NCBI GenBank assembly: GCA_035637195.1
Contig: DASPXQ010000061.1
Location: forward strand, 1 to 35,724
Reading direction: 5' to 3'
DNA length: 35,724 nt
Source of the DNA: Thermoplasmata archaeon
GTDB lineage: Archaea > Thermoplasmatota > Thermoplasmata > RBG-16-68-12
Positions 1 through 8,908 of this stretch are shown here, piece by piece. How positions within the stretch are numbered: position 1 is the stretch's first letter; each line of letters starts with the position of its first letter. The notes beneath the pieces are model-generated. The model did no database searches, was not told where the DNA came from, and was given only the letters and a program-made list of their open reading frames with translations. Made by a program: the position numbers and the translations under genes.

Positions 1-33
1 CCGGTGCCCCCTGTGACGAACGCACGCATTGGC

Positions 34-1140
34 TCAGCCTTTCCGCAGGACGACCGTCAGGACGTCGGAGTCTTTCAGGGGGTGCTCCAGGCCGACCTTC
101 TGACCGGGGAACTGCGCGGACGGCCCCCAGACGTTCGCGTAGCGGAACCGACGCCGCCAGTCGCGGTGGATCGCGTCGCACACCATGCCGACATCGGAGC
201 CGGCCTTGACGATGAGCGGGTCCGCGAGGTCCGCCTCCTTGCCTTGCGGCTTCAGGAACACCCGCATGAACCGGAGGGTCTCGTAGATCTCGTCCTTGAG
301 GCGCGTGAGCCCGACCCCTTTCTCCGCGGAGATCGGCACGAGCTTCCAATCCGGGAGCTTCGATTGTAGCTGCTTGACGTAGTCCGAGGAGACGAGGTCG
401 ATCTTGTTCACGACGACGAACGCCGTCACATAGATCCGGTTTCCCGCCAGGACGTCGATCAGCTGGTCCTCCGTGATGTCCTGCCGGATGACGACCGTGC
501 CGTTCAGGTATCCCCACTCCCTGCAGATGTCCGCGACCATCTCCTCGTCGAGCTTCGTCAGCCGCAGGGTCGGGTTGATCGTGAGGCCGCCGCGCCGGCC
601 CCTCGTAAGCGTGACGTCCGCGGGCTTTTCGTTGAGCCGGATCCCCGCGAGCCGCAGCTCGTCCACCAGGACGTCCACGTGCGTCTCGAAGACGTCGATC
701 ATCAGCAGGATGAGGTCGCACCCGCGCGCGACCGACAGGACCTCCTTCCCGCGACCGCGGCCCTTCGAGGCGCCGCGGATCAACCCGGGCATGTCGAGGA
801 CCTGGATCTTCGCGCCGCGGTGCTCCAGCAGGCCCGGGATCACGTCGAGCGTGGTGAAGTCGTACGCCGCGACGGCGCTCGTCGCGTCCGTGATCTGATT
901 GAGCAGCGTCGACTTGCCGACGGACGGGAAGCCGACCAGGCCGAGCGTCGCGTTTCCACTCTTCTTGACCGCGTAGCTCGGGCCGCCGCCTCCGGACTTG
1001 AGCCGCCGCGTCTCCTGTTCGTCCTTGAGGCGCGCGACCTTCGCCTTCAGCTTCCCGATGTGATGCTGCGTCGCCTTGTTGTACGGCGTCCGCTGGATCT
1101 CGTCCTCGATCGACTGGATCTGTTCCTCCAGGGTCGCCAT
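34..1140 (-). CDS. DRG-type (Obg-like) GTPase with C-terminal TGS domain
   Basis: 368-aa ORF. N-terminal helical TPYNKATQHHIGKLKAKVARLK, G1 GFPSVGKST, G3 DMPGL, G4 NKID, and a TGS-like C-terminus ending DSDVLTVV. Confidence 0.9.
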   Translation of the reverse strand: MATLEEQIQSIEDEIQRTPYNKATQHHIGKLKAKVARLKDEQETRRLKSGGGGPSYAVKKSGNATLGLVGFPSVGKSTLLNQITDATSAVAAYDFTTLDVIPGLLEHRGAKIQVLDMPGLIRGASKGRGRGKEVLSVARGCDLILLMIDVFETHVDVLVDELRLAGIRLNEKPADVTLTRGRRGGLTINPTLRLTKLDEEMVADICREWGYLNGTVVIRQDITEDQLIDVLAGNRIYVTAFVVVNKIDLVSSDYVKQLQSKLPDWKLVPISAEKGVGLTRLKDEIYETLRFMRVFLKPQGKEADLADPLIVKAGSDVGMVCDAIHRDWRRRFRYANVWGPSAQFPGQKVGLEHPLKDSDVLTVVLRKG

Positions 1141-1170
1141 GCTACGCGGAAGCCAGCGAAACTCCCCGTG

Positions 1171-1175
1171 ATAAA
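1171..1175 (-). promoter_or_regulatory. TATA-like box upstream of the DRG gene
   Basis: The minus strand reads AAAGCTTTAT. The A/T pentamer is centred about 33 nt upstream of the ATG at 1140, in otherwise GC-rich DNA. Confidence 0.35.
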
Positions 1176-1179
1176 GCTT

Positions 1180-1563
1180 TCAACGTGCCCGCCGTGGCGG
1201 CTCCTCGAGTCCGATTTCGTTCCCTTCCGGATCGCGGAACGTGGTGATCCGGCCGAACGACTCCTCTCGGATCGGATTGGTTGCCACGCCGCGGCGCGAG
1301 AGCTCCGCGACGGCCGCGTCGATGTCGTCCACAAGGAACTCGATGTGCCAATTGTCGCCGGAGGAATGCGCCTCCCGCTCCGAATGCAAGGCAATCGAGG
1401 CGCCCCGACCCTGCAGACTTGCAAAATGAGGGTTCTCATAGGTGATCGCGAGGCCGAGGACATCGTGGTAGAAGGACCGCATCGCGCGGAAGTCCCGCGT
1501 CCACAGGAACACGGTCTCGAGCTTCGCATCCGTCAGCGGACCGGCCGAACGCTTCCGCGCCAT
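1180..1563 (-). CDS. VOC (glyoxalase/bleomycin-resistance/dioxygenase) family protein
   Basis: 127-aa ORF. Typical VOC layout: FLWTRDFRAMRSFYHDVLGL, HIEFLVDDIDAAVAEL, FRDPEGNEIGL. Confidence 0.75.
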   Translation of the reverse strand: MARKRSAGPLTDAKLETVFLWTRDFRAMRSFYHDVLGLAITYENPHFASLQGRGASIALHSEREAHSSGDNWHIEFLVDDIDAAVAELSRRGVATNPIREESFGRITTFRDPEGNEIGLEEPPRRAR

Positions 1564-1615
1564 CGTCGTTCCCGTTCCGCGGATGGACCCCGGGAGATAA
1601 GAGGCTTCCAGCAGG

Positions 1616-2413
1616 CTACCAAGCGGTCCGGACTCCCTCCGGCTGCAGCCCCTTCACAGCGAACAACACCATGCGCCTTGAGCGGGGCGCATACTGCGAC
1701 AGATCGAGGCCGCCGAGCACACGGTGGACGTACAGGCCTGCGCTCTCGAACATCTCCCGGAGCTCCGGGAACGTGTACGCGCGGACGGAGCCTTGGTGTT
1801 CGCGCGTGCCGGCGTGGTCGATCACGACCTGCCGCGTCTCATACCGGTCCAAGAGGACATCGAACGAGTCTTCTTGGAGGATCACGCTCCCGTCCGGACG
1901 GACCCGCCACGACTGGTCCGGCAGCACCGTTGCGAGCGCGTCCCGGTTGAAGCGCTCCATCACGAACTTGCCGCGGGGCCGCAGCGCCCTCGATACGCCG
2001 ACGAGGACCTTTCGATCTTCCTCTGTGCTGTCGAAATATCCGAACGACGTGAACATGTTGATCGCCGCGTCGAACTCGCCTCGGTACGGGAGCTCGCGCA
2101 TGTCCCCGCGGACGAACTTCGCCTTCACGGACGCCTTGCGGGCCTCGGCCCGCGCTGCCCTCAGGAGCGTCTCCGAGAGATCGTACCCGAGGACGTCGTA
2201 GCCGCGCGACGCGAGTTCGATCGAGTGGCGGCCCGCGCCGCAAGCGAGGTCCAGGATCCGGCCGCCCTTGCGAAGATGCAGGATCTTCTCGAGGGCGTCG
2301 ACCTCCTGCGGGGTCGTCGTGTGCTCGTACTGCTTCAGGTAGTCCGGACCGAAGAACGACTCGAACCACGGCTTCGGGTCGCGCCCGATGGACCTCCCCC
2401 GCGGGCAGGCCAT
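1616..2413 (-). CDS. Class I SAM-dependent methyltransferase
   Basis: 265-aa ORF. Motif I ILDLACGAGRH, post-I acidic GYDLS, later AAINMFTSFGY. Substrate unknown. Confidence 0.8.
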   Translation of the reverse strand: MACPRGRSIGRDPKPWFESFFGPDYLKQYEHTTTPQEVDALEKILHLRKGGRILDLACGAGRHSIELASRGYDVLGYDLSETLLRAARAEARKASVKAKFVRGDMRELPYRGEFDAAINMFTSFGYFDSTEEDRKVLVGVSRALRPRGKFVMERFNRDALATVLPDQSWRVRPDGSVILQEDSFDVLLDRYETRQVVIDHAGTREHQGSVRAYTFPELREMFESAGLYVHRVLGGLDLSQYAPRSRRMVLFAVKGLQPEGVRTAW

Positions 2414-2441
2414 CGGCCTGGGCGGCCAAGAACCTTCCGAG

Positions 2442-3386
2442 CTACTTCGGCACGACCCGAGTGCCCGCCTTTCCGTCGACCGAGGGCCCGAGGTGCTCGA
2501 GGTCCGTGATGACGACCCTCTCCCCGCCTCCCTGGAGGAACTCGATCGCCGCCTCGACCTTCGGGCCCATGCTCCCGGTAGGGAACTGGCCCGCGGCCAG
2601 GTGCTTCTTCGCTTCGGCGATCGTCATGCGGTCGAGGGACTGCTGCGTCGGCTTGCCGAAATTCAGCGCGACCTGAGGCACGTCTGTCGCGATCACGAGA
2701 TGCTTCCATCCCAGCCCCCGCGCGAGGACCGCGGCCGCGAGGTCCTTGTCGATTACCGCCTCGACGCCGACGAGACGACCGCCCCTCCGGACGACGGGAA
2801 TGCCGCCTCCACCCGCGGCGATCACGACGCGGCCGTCGCCGTTCCCGACGAGCCGCGCGATGATGTCCTTCTCGATGACGCCCAGGGGATGCGGCGACGG
2901 CACCACGCGCCGCCACCCGCCCCGCTGGTCGAACACCATCTTCCAGCCCTTCGCACGCTTCACGATGATCTCGTCCTCGCGCGCGTAGTACGGGCCGATC
3001 GGCTTCGTTGGATTCGCGAACGCAGGGTCGTCGGCGTCCACGAGGACCTGCGTGATGACGCACGCGACGTCGCGTTCGATGCCCCGGTCCGCGAACTCGT
3101 TCCGCAGCGACTGCGCGAGGAGGTACCCGATCTGCGCCTGGCTCTCCGCGCCGCAGACGTCGAGCGGCATCGCCGGAACGAGATGACGCGTCTCCTCGTT
3201 CTGCACGAGGATGTTGCCGACCTGGGGCCCGTTGCCGTGCGTGACGACCAGGTCGTACCCCGCCTGGACGAGCTCCGCGAGACGCGCCGACGTCCGCTCA
3301 ATGCGCCGGCGCTGGCTCGCCGCATCCGCGGCTTCGCCCGCCGGGAGGAGCGCGTTCCCACCAATCGCCACGACAATCTGCTTCAT
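2442..3386 (-). CDS. arcC: Carbamate kinase
   Basis: MKQIVVAIGGNALL start, HGNGPQVG motif, C-terminal GGGGIPV. I chose the internal ATG at 3386 (MKQ) over the ORF-track start at 3455 because family members begin at this motif. Confidence 0.85.
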   Translation of the reverse strand: MKQIVVAIGGNALLPAGEAADAASQRRRIERTSARLAELVQAGYDLVVTHGNGPQVGNILVQNEETRHLVPAMPLDVCGAESQAQIGYLLAQSLRNEFADRGIERDVACVITQVLVDADDPAFANPTKPIGPYYAREDEIIVKRAKGWKMVFDQRGGWRRVVPSPHPLGVIEKDIIARLVGNGDGRVVIAAGGGGIPVVRRGGRLVGVEAVIDKDLAAAVLARGLGWKHLVIATDVPQVALNFGKPTQQSLDRMTIAEAKKHLAAGQFPTGSMGPKVEAAIEFLQGGGERVVITDLEHLGPSVDGKAGTRVVPK

Positions 3387-3412
3387 GTCCGCCTCCGGGC
3401 GGAAGGCCCGCA

Positions 3413-3419
3413 CTATTTT
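3413..3419 (-). promoter_or_regulatory. TATA-like box for arcC
   Basis: The minus strand reads AAAATAG, centred about 30 nt upstream of the ATG at 3386. Confidence 0.4.
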
Positions 3420-3535
3420 GCCGAGTCTATAAGAACGTTCGGCCGCCGATACCAACTCGAGGAGGCCGCCGATTCACAGTACGGCTGAACCTCGTCGAGC
3501 GGTTCCGCCCAGCGACATCGCGGAGGAACCGTCAG

Positions 3536-3540
3536 TATAA
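3536..3540 (+). promoter_or_regulatory. TATA-like box for the 3569 operon
   Basis: TATAA sits 29-33 nt upstream of the ATG at 3569. Confidence 0.4.
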
Positions 3541-3568
3541 GTCGTCCCGTCCGCATGCGGGCCTTCCC

Positions 3569-4075
3569 ATGGCCCAGGACGATCTCCGGGAGGAGATCCG
3601 GGAGTTGCGCGCCCAGATCGAGGCGCTCCGCGCCGCCCTCTCCGACGTGGCGCGGCCGTACACCGAGCTCATGGCCTACGTGGATCGCCTCCAGGACGTC
3701 TCCCGCGGCTACTTCCGGATCCTCGACCTGTACGCGAAGTACGGCAAGGTCTCCCCCGACCTCGTGATCCCGGGCCTCAAGGACGACATCTCGCGGCACA
3801 TCGTCGCGGTCCTCTTCGACCGCCCGGACCGGAACATCTCCCAGATCACGGAAGCGGTCAAGGGGAAACGGGGGACCGCCTCCCGCCGCATCGTGCGGCA
3901 GCGTCTCGAGGATCTACAGCGCGAAAGCATCGTCGTGGCCACGCCGGGCTCCCGGGTCCGGACCTTCCGCGTCTCCGACGAAGTGGCCGAGAAGTGGTCA
4001 CAAGTGCTCGGCGTGCCCAAGTACCGGGACCGGGCTGGTGGTGGGCAAGAACAGGAAGGTGAACGGAATGGCTGA
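3569..4075 (+). CDS. Coiled-coil plus winged-helix (wHTH) DNA-binding protein, function unknown
   Basis: 168 aa. N-terminal heptad-like EEIRELRAQIEALRAAL. C-terminal wHTH-like ISRHIVAVLFDRPDRNISQITEAV...VRQRLEDLQRESIVV. Confidence 0.6.
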   Translation: MAQDDLREEIRELRAQIEALRAALSDVARPYTELMAYVDRLQDVSRGYFRILDLYAKYGKVSPDLVIPGLKDDISRHIVAVLFDRPDRNISQITEAVKGKRGTASRRIVRQRLEDLQRESIVVATPGSRVRTFRVSDEVAEKWSQVLGVPKYRDRAGGGQEQEGERNG

Positions 4076-4352
4076 GGAGAGACACCGAGTGAGGCCGGAA
4101 GAGATGAAGGAGATGTTCGAGGTCGCGTCGGAGAAGATCCCGGCGCTGTTGAACAGCCTCACGGACTCCATCTACGGAAAGGACGCATCGGCGAAATTCG
4201 GGGCCGCGGTCGCGGACTTCTACAGCACCCTGAAGAAGAGCGGCATGACGGAGGAGCAGGCGTTCAAGCTCACGGAGCAGTACATGTCGTCGCTGAACCT
4301 GGGCGGGATCATCGCGAAGGCCGTCGGGAAGCGCCACCAGGACGAAGAGTGA
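4068..4352 (+). CDS. Small alpha-helical protein, unknown function
   Basis: The ATG at 4068 (MAEERH) overlaps the upstream stop (4073-4075) by 8 nt. About 94 aa, no TM segment. The start could instead be 4038. Confidence 0.5.
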   Translation: MAEERHRVRPEEMKEMFEVASEKIPALLNSLTDSIYGKDASAKFGAAVADFYSTLKKSGMTEEQAFKLTEQYMSSLNLGGIIAKAVGKRHQDEE

Positions 4353-4576
4353 TGGCGGACACCGGCGACCGCTTCCCCATCGTACTCATGGCGGCGTTGC
4401 CCGGGCTGACGATCCGGTTCGGGCTGACGTTCCTCCGGTTCCAGTCTCGAAGGAGGCGGGGCGTGCGACGGTTCCGCGAGATGCTCGAGGCCGGAGGTAT
4501 GCCCCCGCGGGAGGCCGCGCTCCTGGCGCAGTCGTACCACGAGGCGGGCTCCCTGCGCGAGATGCTCCGACGTTAG
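4349..4576 (+). CDS. Small membrane protein, unknown function
   Basis: 75 aa. The GTG start overlaps the upstream TGA. One hydrophobic segment (PIVLMAALPGLTIRFGLTFL), then an Arg-rich helical tail. Confidence 0.45.
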   Translation: MMADTGDRFPIVLMAALPGLTIRFGLTFLRFQSRRRRGVRRFREMLEAGGMPPREAALLAQSYHEAGSLREMLRR

Positions 4577-4583
4577 GCGCAAC

Positions 4584-4590
4584 TATTTAT
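4584..4590 (+). promoter_or_regulatory. TATA-like box for the 4616 gene
   Basis: TATTTAT is centred 29 nt upstream of the GTG start at 4616. Confidence 0.4.
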
Positions 4591-4615
4591 CGAGACGGCC
4601 GCATCGCGCGGTTCC

Positions 4616-5617
4616 GTGACCTCCCAGGAGGCCCTGGCACGCATCTTGGCGAAGGTCCGTGCCTTCCGCGCGACCCCGTGGTTCCGCGTCCTCTACGTAC
4701 TGGTCCTCGGCGGCCTCGTCGCGGAACTGTACCTGCTCACGGCGAGCTCGTTGGCGTGCCTGATCCTGTTCCTCATGCCCTTCACCGTGTTCCTTGTCCC
4801 GTACTATTTCGGCGAGCGACGGATGCGGCACTTCGCGCTGAACGCGCTGCCCATCTTCGTGATCGCGACGCTCCTCGCCGGGGGCATGGCGACGCAGGCG
4901 CTCCTCGCGCAGAACGAGCCCGTCGAACTGAGCAGCGCGGCCGTCCCGTTCTCGGCCCCGACGATGGCCCTCGCGAACGGCACCGTCGCGCCGTACCACG
5001 CCGACCCGAACCGGGACTTCACGTTCCGCGTGAGGCTCATCACGACCCTTAACGATTCGTACCTGAATTACAACGTCTCCCTGAATCTCACCGTAATCGA
5101 TGGCGTCTCCGGGACCCAGCCCGCGTTCTCGATGACGTACAGTCCGGGAACGAACAGTTCGACGAACCCCCGCAACGGCACGTGGTACGAGGCGACCCTG
5201 CCGCTCGGCGGATCGATCTACGGCTACGCGTTCACCGTGACGGACAAGCGCGGGAACTGGACCTACACGCCGTCCGACTTCGGGCCCATCACGGCGTCCG
5301 GCGCGGCGTTCTACGGATTCTTCACGTACTATACGGGAATCTCGATGACGTTCCCCGCGCTCTTCTACTTCGTCATCCTGTTCATGTGGTGGTACACGAT
5401 CCGGATGCGGGAAAACCGGGCGCGGATGCTCGGCGCGGAGCCGCGGATCCCGAAGGAGAAGCCCTCGCCGAAACCCGACGACAAGCCTGCGGACAGGCCC
5501 GAGGATCCCGGCGGCAAGGCGTCGAAGGCCGCCGCGTTCACGTGCACGAACTGCGGCGCCGACGTGGGCGAGGACGACAAGAAGTGCCCCAAGTGCGGGG
5601 CGGTTTTCGAGGAGTGA
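4616..5617 (+). CDS. Polytopic membrane protein with sequon-rich ectodomain and C-terminal zinc ribbon
   Basis: 333 aa. N-terminal TM helices, then a roughly 150-aa loop with many N-x-S/T sequons (NGT, NDS, NVS, NLT, NSS, NGT, NWT). Two more TM helices, a Pro/Lys-rich linker and CTNCG...CPKCG. Confidence 0.6.
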   Translation: MTSQEALARILAKVRAFRATPWFRVLYVLVLGGLVAELYLLTASSLACLILFLMPFTVFLVPYYFGERRMRHFALNALPIFVIATLLAGGMATQALLAQNEPVELSSAAVPFSAPTMALANGTVAPYHADPNRDFTFRVRLITTLNDSYLNYNVSLNLTVIDGVSGTQPAFSMTYSPGTNSSTNPRNGTWYEATLPLGGSIYGYAFTVTDKRGNWTYTPSDFGPITASGAAFYGFFTYYTGISMTFPALFYFVILFMWWYTIRMRENRARMLGAEPRIPKEKPSPKPDDKPADRPEDPGGKASKAAAFTCTNCGADVGEDDKKCPKCGAVFEE

Positions 5618-5790
5618 ACGCATCCGCCATCGTGCACTTTCGCTCACCCCCTCCCGGCAGGTTGATAGCCCCGCCCTCCATAGAATCGGCCGCGCACGTT
5701 CTCTTAGGAAACCTTAAATGGCAGCCCCAAACATGCGGGACCCCGGGATGGGAACGCCCCGCGTTCTCGTGAACCGTTCCGGGTGATTGC

Positions 5791-7782
5791 ATGCCCTCGA
5801 CCTCGATCGCCGAGGAGCTCGCGAAGAAACAGCGCGAGATCAGCGTCTCCGAGTTCTTCGAGCGGAACAAGCAAATCCTCGGCTACGATTCGCCGACGAA
5901 AGCCCTGCTCACCGTCGTGAAGGAGGCTTGGGAGAACGGCGCGGACGCTTGTGAGGAGGCCGAAATCCTCCCGGAGATACTCGTCGAGGTCACGAAGCTC
6001 GACAAGGAGGAGTTTTCCGTCGCGGTCGAAGACAATGGCCCGGGGATTGTGAAGAAGCAGGTCCCGAACGTCTTCGGACGTCTTCTCTATGGTTCCCGCT
6101 TCCACGCGCGACGGCAAACGCGAGGCCAGATGGGACTTGGGATTTCCGGGGCGGTCATGTACGGGCAGCTGACGACCGGGAAGCCGACGAAAGTCCGATC
6201 GAAGACGGCGGAAGACGATGTCGCCTACGAGATTGAACTCATCCTCGACACGAAGAAGAACCGGCCAAATACGATTTCGGAGGACTTCGTCATCTGGGAG
6301 AAAGCCCACGGCACGCGGGTAGAAATCCCGCTCAAAGGGCGATACGTCGCGGGCAAGCAGTCCATCCCGGAGTATCTCAAGGCGTCCGCTATCGTGAATC
6401 CTCACGTACGGATCGTCTACAAGGGGCCCGACGGCGAGACGACCACCTACGAACGAGCGACGGAGGATCTCCCTCCCGTCACGAAGGAGATCGCGCCGCA
6501 CCCGCACGGCATTGAACTCGGCGCCCTCATGGCGATGATGAAGGAGACGAAGTCATACAAGCTCGGCGCGTTCCTCGAGGAGGAATTCGTCCGGGTGTCC
6601 TCTCGAGTCGCCAAGGAAATCTGCGAGGCGGCCGGAATCGATCCGGACACCAAGCCGAAATCGCTGACCCTCGAGAAGGCGAACGCCCTCCATGATGCCA
6701 TGCAATCCGCGAAGCTGATGGCCCCGCCGACGGACTGCCTCAGTCCGATCGGAGAGCGACTGATCAAGCGCGGTCTCAAGAATGTCCTCGGCAACCTCCG
6801 GCCCGAGTTCTACGCCCCGCCGCTGACTCGGGATCCCGCTGTCTACGCTGGAAACCCGTTCCAGACCGAAGTCGGGATCGTCTTCGGTGGCGACCTGCCT
6901 CCGGACCAGCCGACGGAAGTCCTTCGGTTCGCGAATCGGGTCCCGCTGCTGTATCAGGCGGGAGGCTGCGCGCTAACCCAGGCCGTCGCGAACGTTGACT
7001 GGCGGCGATACGGACTCGAACAACGCGGCGGCCAGGGGGTCCCCTTCGGTCCCGCCATCATCTTGGTCCATCTTTGTTCAACCAAGGTTCCCTTTTCGTC
7101 CGAGGCCAAAGAGGCGGTCGCGACCATCGACGAAATCATGACGGAGCTCGATCTCGCGCTGAAGGAATGCGGACGACGCCTCAAGACGCACCTCACAAAG
7201 AAGGCGCATCGCGCGAAGACAAAGGAGAAGTTCGAGATCGTCCAGCTGATCCTGCCTCGGATCGCGGAGAAGTCCGCGAAGATCGTGAACAAGAAAGTCC
7301 CCGTCCTCGACGCGACGATCACGAAGATCATGGGCGTCGTCTGGGTCGACGAGCAGATCGCGTACGACAACAAGCGGAAGCGGCACACGGTCACGCTCAA
7401 CGTGCACAACTTCACCTCGGCGGGAAAGAAGCTGAACCTGCATCTCCTCCTGCCGCGTGGCCTCGAGGCAAAGGACATCGACCCGAAGCCGACCGAGGTC
7501 CGCGAGGACGGCAAGCTCACCTGGGAGCTCAAGCGAATCGACAGCGTGACGAAGTCGACGCTGACGTTCGCCCTCGAAGGGCTCGATGAGGCGGAGTACG
7601 ACGAATCCGAGGTCTACGTGAGCGGAATCAACCCCGGCCTCGTGATCGGCGCGGAGCCGCTGCCCGGAGACTGGGAACTGAACTATGCGGAATTCGAAGA
7701 GGAGGAAGGCCCCACTTCGGAACCAGAGGAAGAGGGCGAGATCGACTACGATGAGACGGAGGAGGCGCTCGACGATGAGTAA
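5791..7782 (+). CDS. top6B: DNA topoisomerase VI subunit B
   Basis: 663 aa. SVSEFFERNKQILGY and the Bergerat-fold motif EAWENGADA, followed by transducer-like sequence. Directly followed by top6A. Acidic C-terminal tail. Confidence 0.93.
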   Translation: MPSTSIAEELAKKQREISVSEFFERNKQILGYDSPTKALLTVVKEAWENGADACEEAEILPEILVEVTKLDKEEFSVAVEDNGPGIVKKQVPNVFGRLLYGSRFHARRQTRGQMGLGISGAVMYGQLTTGKPTKVRSKTAEDDVAYEIELILDTKKNRPNTISEDFVIWEKAHGTRVEIPLKGRYVAGKQSIPEYLKASAIVNPHVRIVYKGPDGETTTYERATEDLPPVTKEIAPHPHGIELGALMAMMKETKSYKLGAFLEEEFVRVSSRVAKEICEAAGIDPDTKPKSLTLEKANALHDAMQSAKLMAPPTDCLSPIGERLIKRGLKNVLGNLRPEFYAPPLTRDPAVYAGNPFQTEVGIVFGGDLPPDQPTEVLRFANRVPLLYQAGGCALTQAVANVDWRRYGLEQRGGQGVPFGPAIILVHLCSTKVPFSSEAKEAVATIDEIMTELDLALKECGRRLKTHLTKKAHRAKTKEKFEIVQLILPRIAEKSAKIVNKKVPVLDATITKIMGVVWVDEQIAYDNKRKRHTVTLNVHNFTSAGKKLNLHLLLPRGLEAKDIDPKPTEVREDGKLTWELKRIDSVTKSTLTFALEGLDEAEYDESEVYVSGINPGLVIGAEPLPGDWELNYAEFEEEEGPTSEPEEEGEIDYDETEEALDDE

Positions 7783-8884
7783 GAAGAAAGCCGCCGCGCC
7801 CGAGTCGAACAAGGCCGTGGACGCCTTGTACAAGATCGCGGAAGAGATCTACGAGGAACTCAACGTCGGCCAGATTCCGAAGATGAAGATCCCGCTGCGC
7901 ACGAAGGCGAACATCCGATTCGATCCGAAGCACTCCGTGTGGAAGTACGGCAGTCTGATGGGCGTGCGGAGCGCGAAGAAGCTGAAAGGGGCGCTCATGC
8001 TCCTCCGGACAATGCACGTCCTCGAGTTCATTCGCGACATGATCCGCGACAACAAGTCGTCGACACTCCGGGAGATGTACTACATCTCCGAAGGCTGGGA
8101 CATCGCAAAGTTCCATGCGCAGGACGAATCGAACCTGCTGGCGGAAGACCTCGAGGTGATCACCCAGCTCCTGCGAGAAGACTTCAAGCTCCGGCCCGAA
8201 GAGAGCGGGGCGAGCGTGATCGGGAACCTGACCCTCGAGGAGATCACGCGAAATGGAGCACGTAAACGGATCAACTGCCGGGACGACGTGGGCGATGCGG
8301 GCTACACGATCCCCTACAACGTGGAGAAGGAGAAGGTCAAGTTCATCGAGGCGGACGCGAAGTTCGTCCTCGCGATCGAGACCGGCGGCATGTTCGATCG
8401 GCTCGTCGAGAACGGTTTCGACGACGACGCGAAGTGCGTCCTCGTGCACCTGAAAGGGCAACCGTCTCGCAGCACGCGACGATTGCTGAAGCGCTTGAAT
8501 GAGGAAATGAAGCTCCAGGTAGCGACCTTCACCGACTCCGATCCGTGGTCGTTCAGGATTCACGCCGCCGTCGCCTACGGAGCCATCAAGACGGCTCACA
8601 TCTCGGAGTACCTGGCGACCCCCACGGCGGAGTTCGTCGGAATTACTCCAAGCGACATCCTGAACTACGAACTCCCAACCGACGCCCTGACGCCTCGCGA
8701 CATCGGCGCCCTGAACGCGGAGATGTCCGATCCGCGCTTCAACGATGAATTCTGGCGAAACGAAATTCAGACGATGCTCCAGATCAACAAGAAGGCGGAA
8801 CAGCAGGCGCTCGCGAAGTACGGACTCGACTACGTGACGGATACGTATCTTCCGGAGAAACTCGGCCCCCTCGGGCTGATGTAG
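7775..8884 (+). CDS. top6A: DNA topoisomerase VI subunit A (Spo11 family)
   Basis: The ATG at 7775 (MSKKKAAAP) overlaps the top6B stop by 8 nt. Catalytic-Tyr context STLREMYYISE, Toprim acidic motif FTDSDPW. Confidence 0.93.
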   Translation: MSKKKAAAPESNKAVDALYKIAEEIYEELNVGQIPKMKIPLRTKANIRFDPKHSVWKYGSLMGVRSAKKLKGALMLLRTMHVLEFIRDMIRDNKSSTLREMYYISEGWDIAKFHAQDESNLLAEDLEVITQLLREDFKLRPEESGASVIGNLTLEEITRNGARKRINCRDDVGDAGYTIPYNVEKEKVKFIEADAKFVLAIETGGMFDRLVENGFDDDAKCVLVHLKGQPSRSTRRLLKRLNEEMKLQVATFTDSDPWSFRIHAAVAYGAIKTAHISEYLATPTAEFVGITPSDILNYELPTDALTPRDIGALNAEMSDPRFNDEFWRNEIQTMLQINKKAEQQALAKYGLDYVTDTYLPEKLGPLGLM

Positions 8885-8908
8885 TTCTCGGGCCGTCGAT
8901 CGCCCCGC

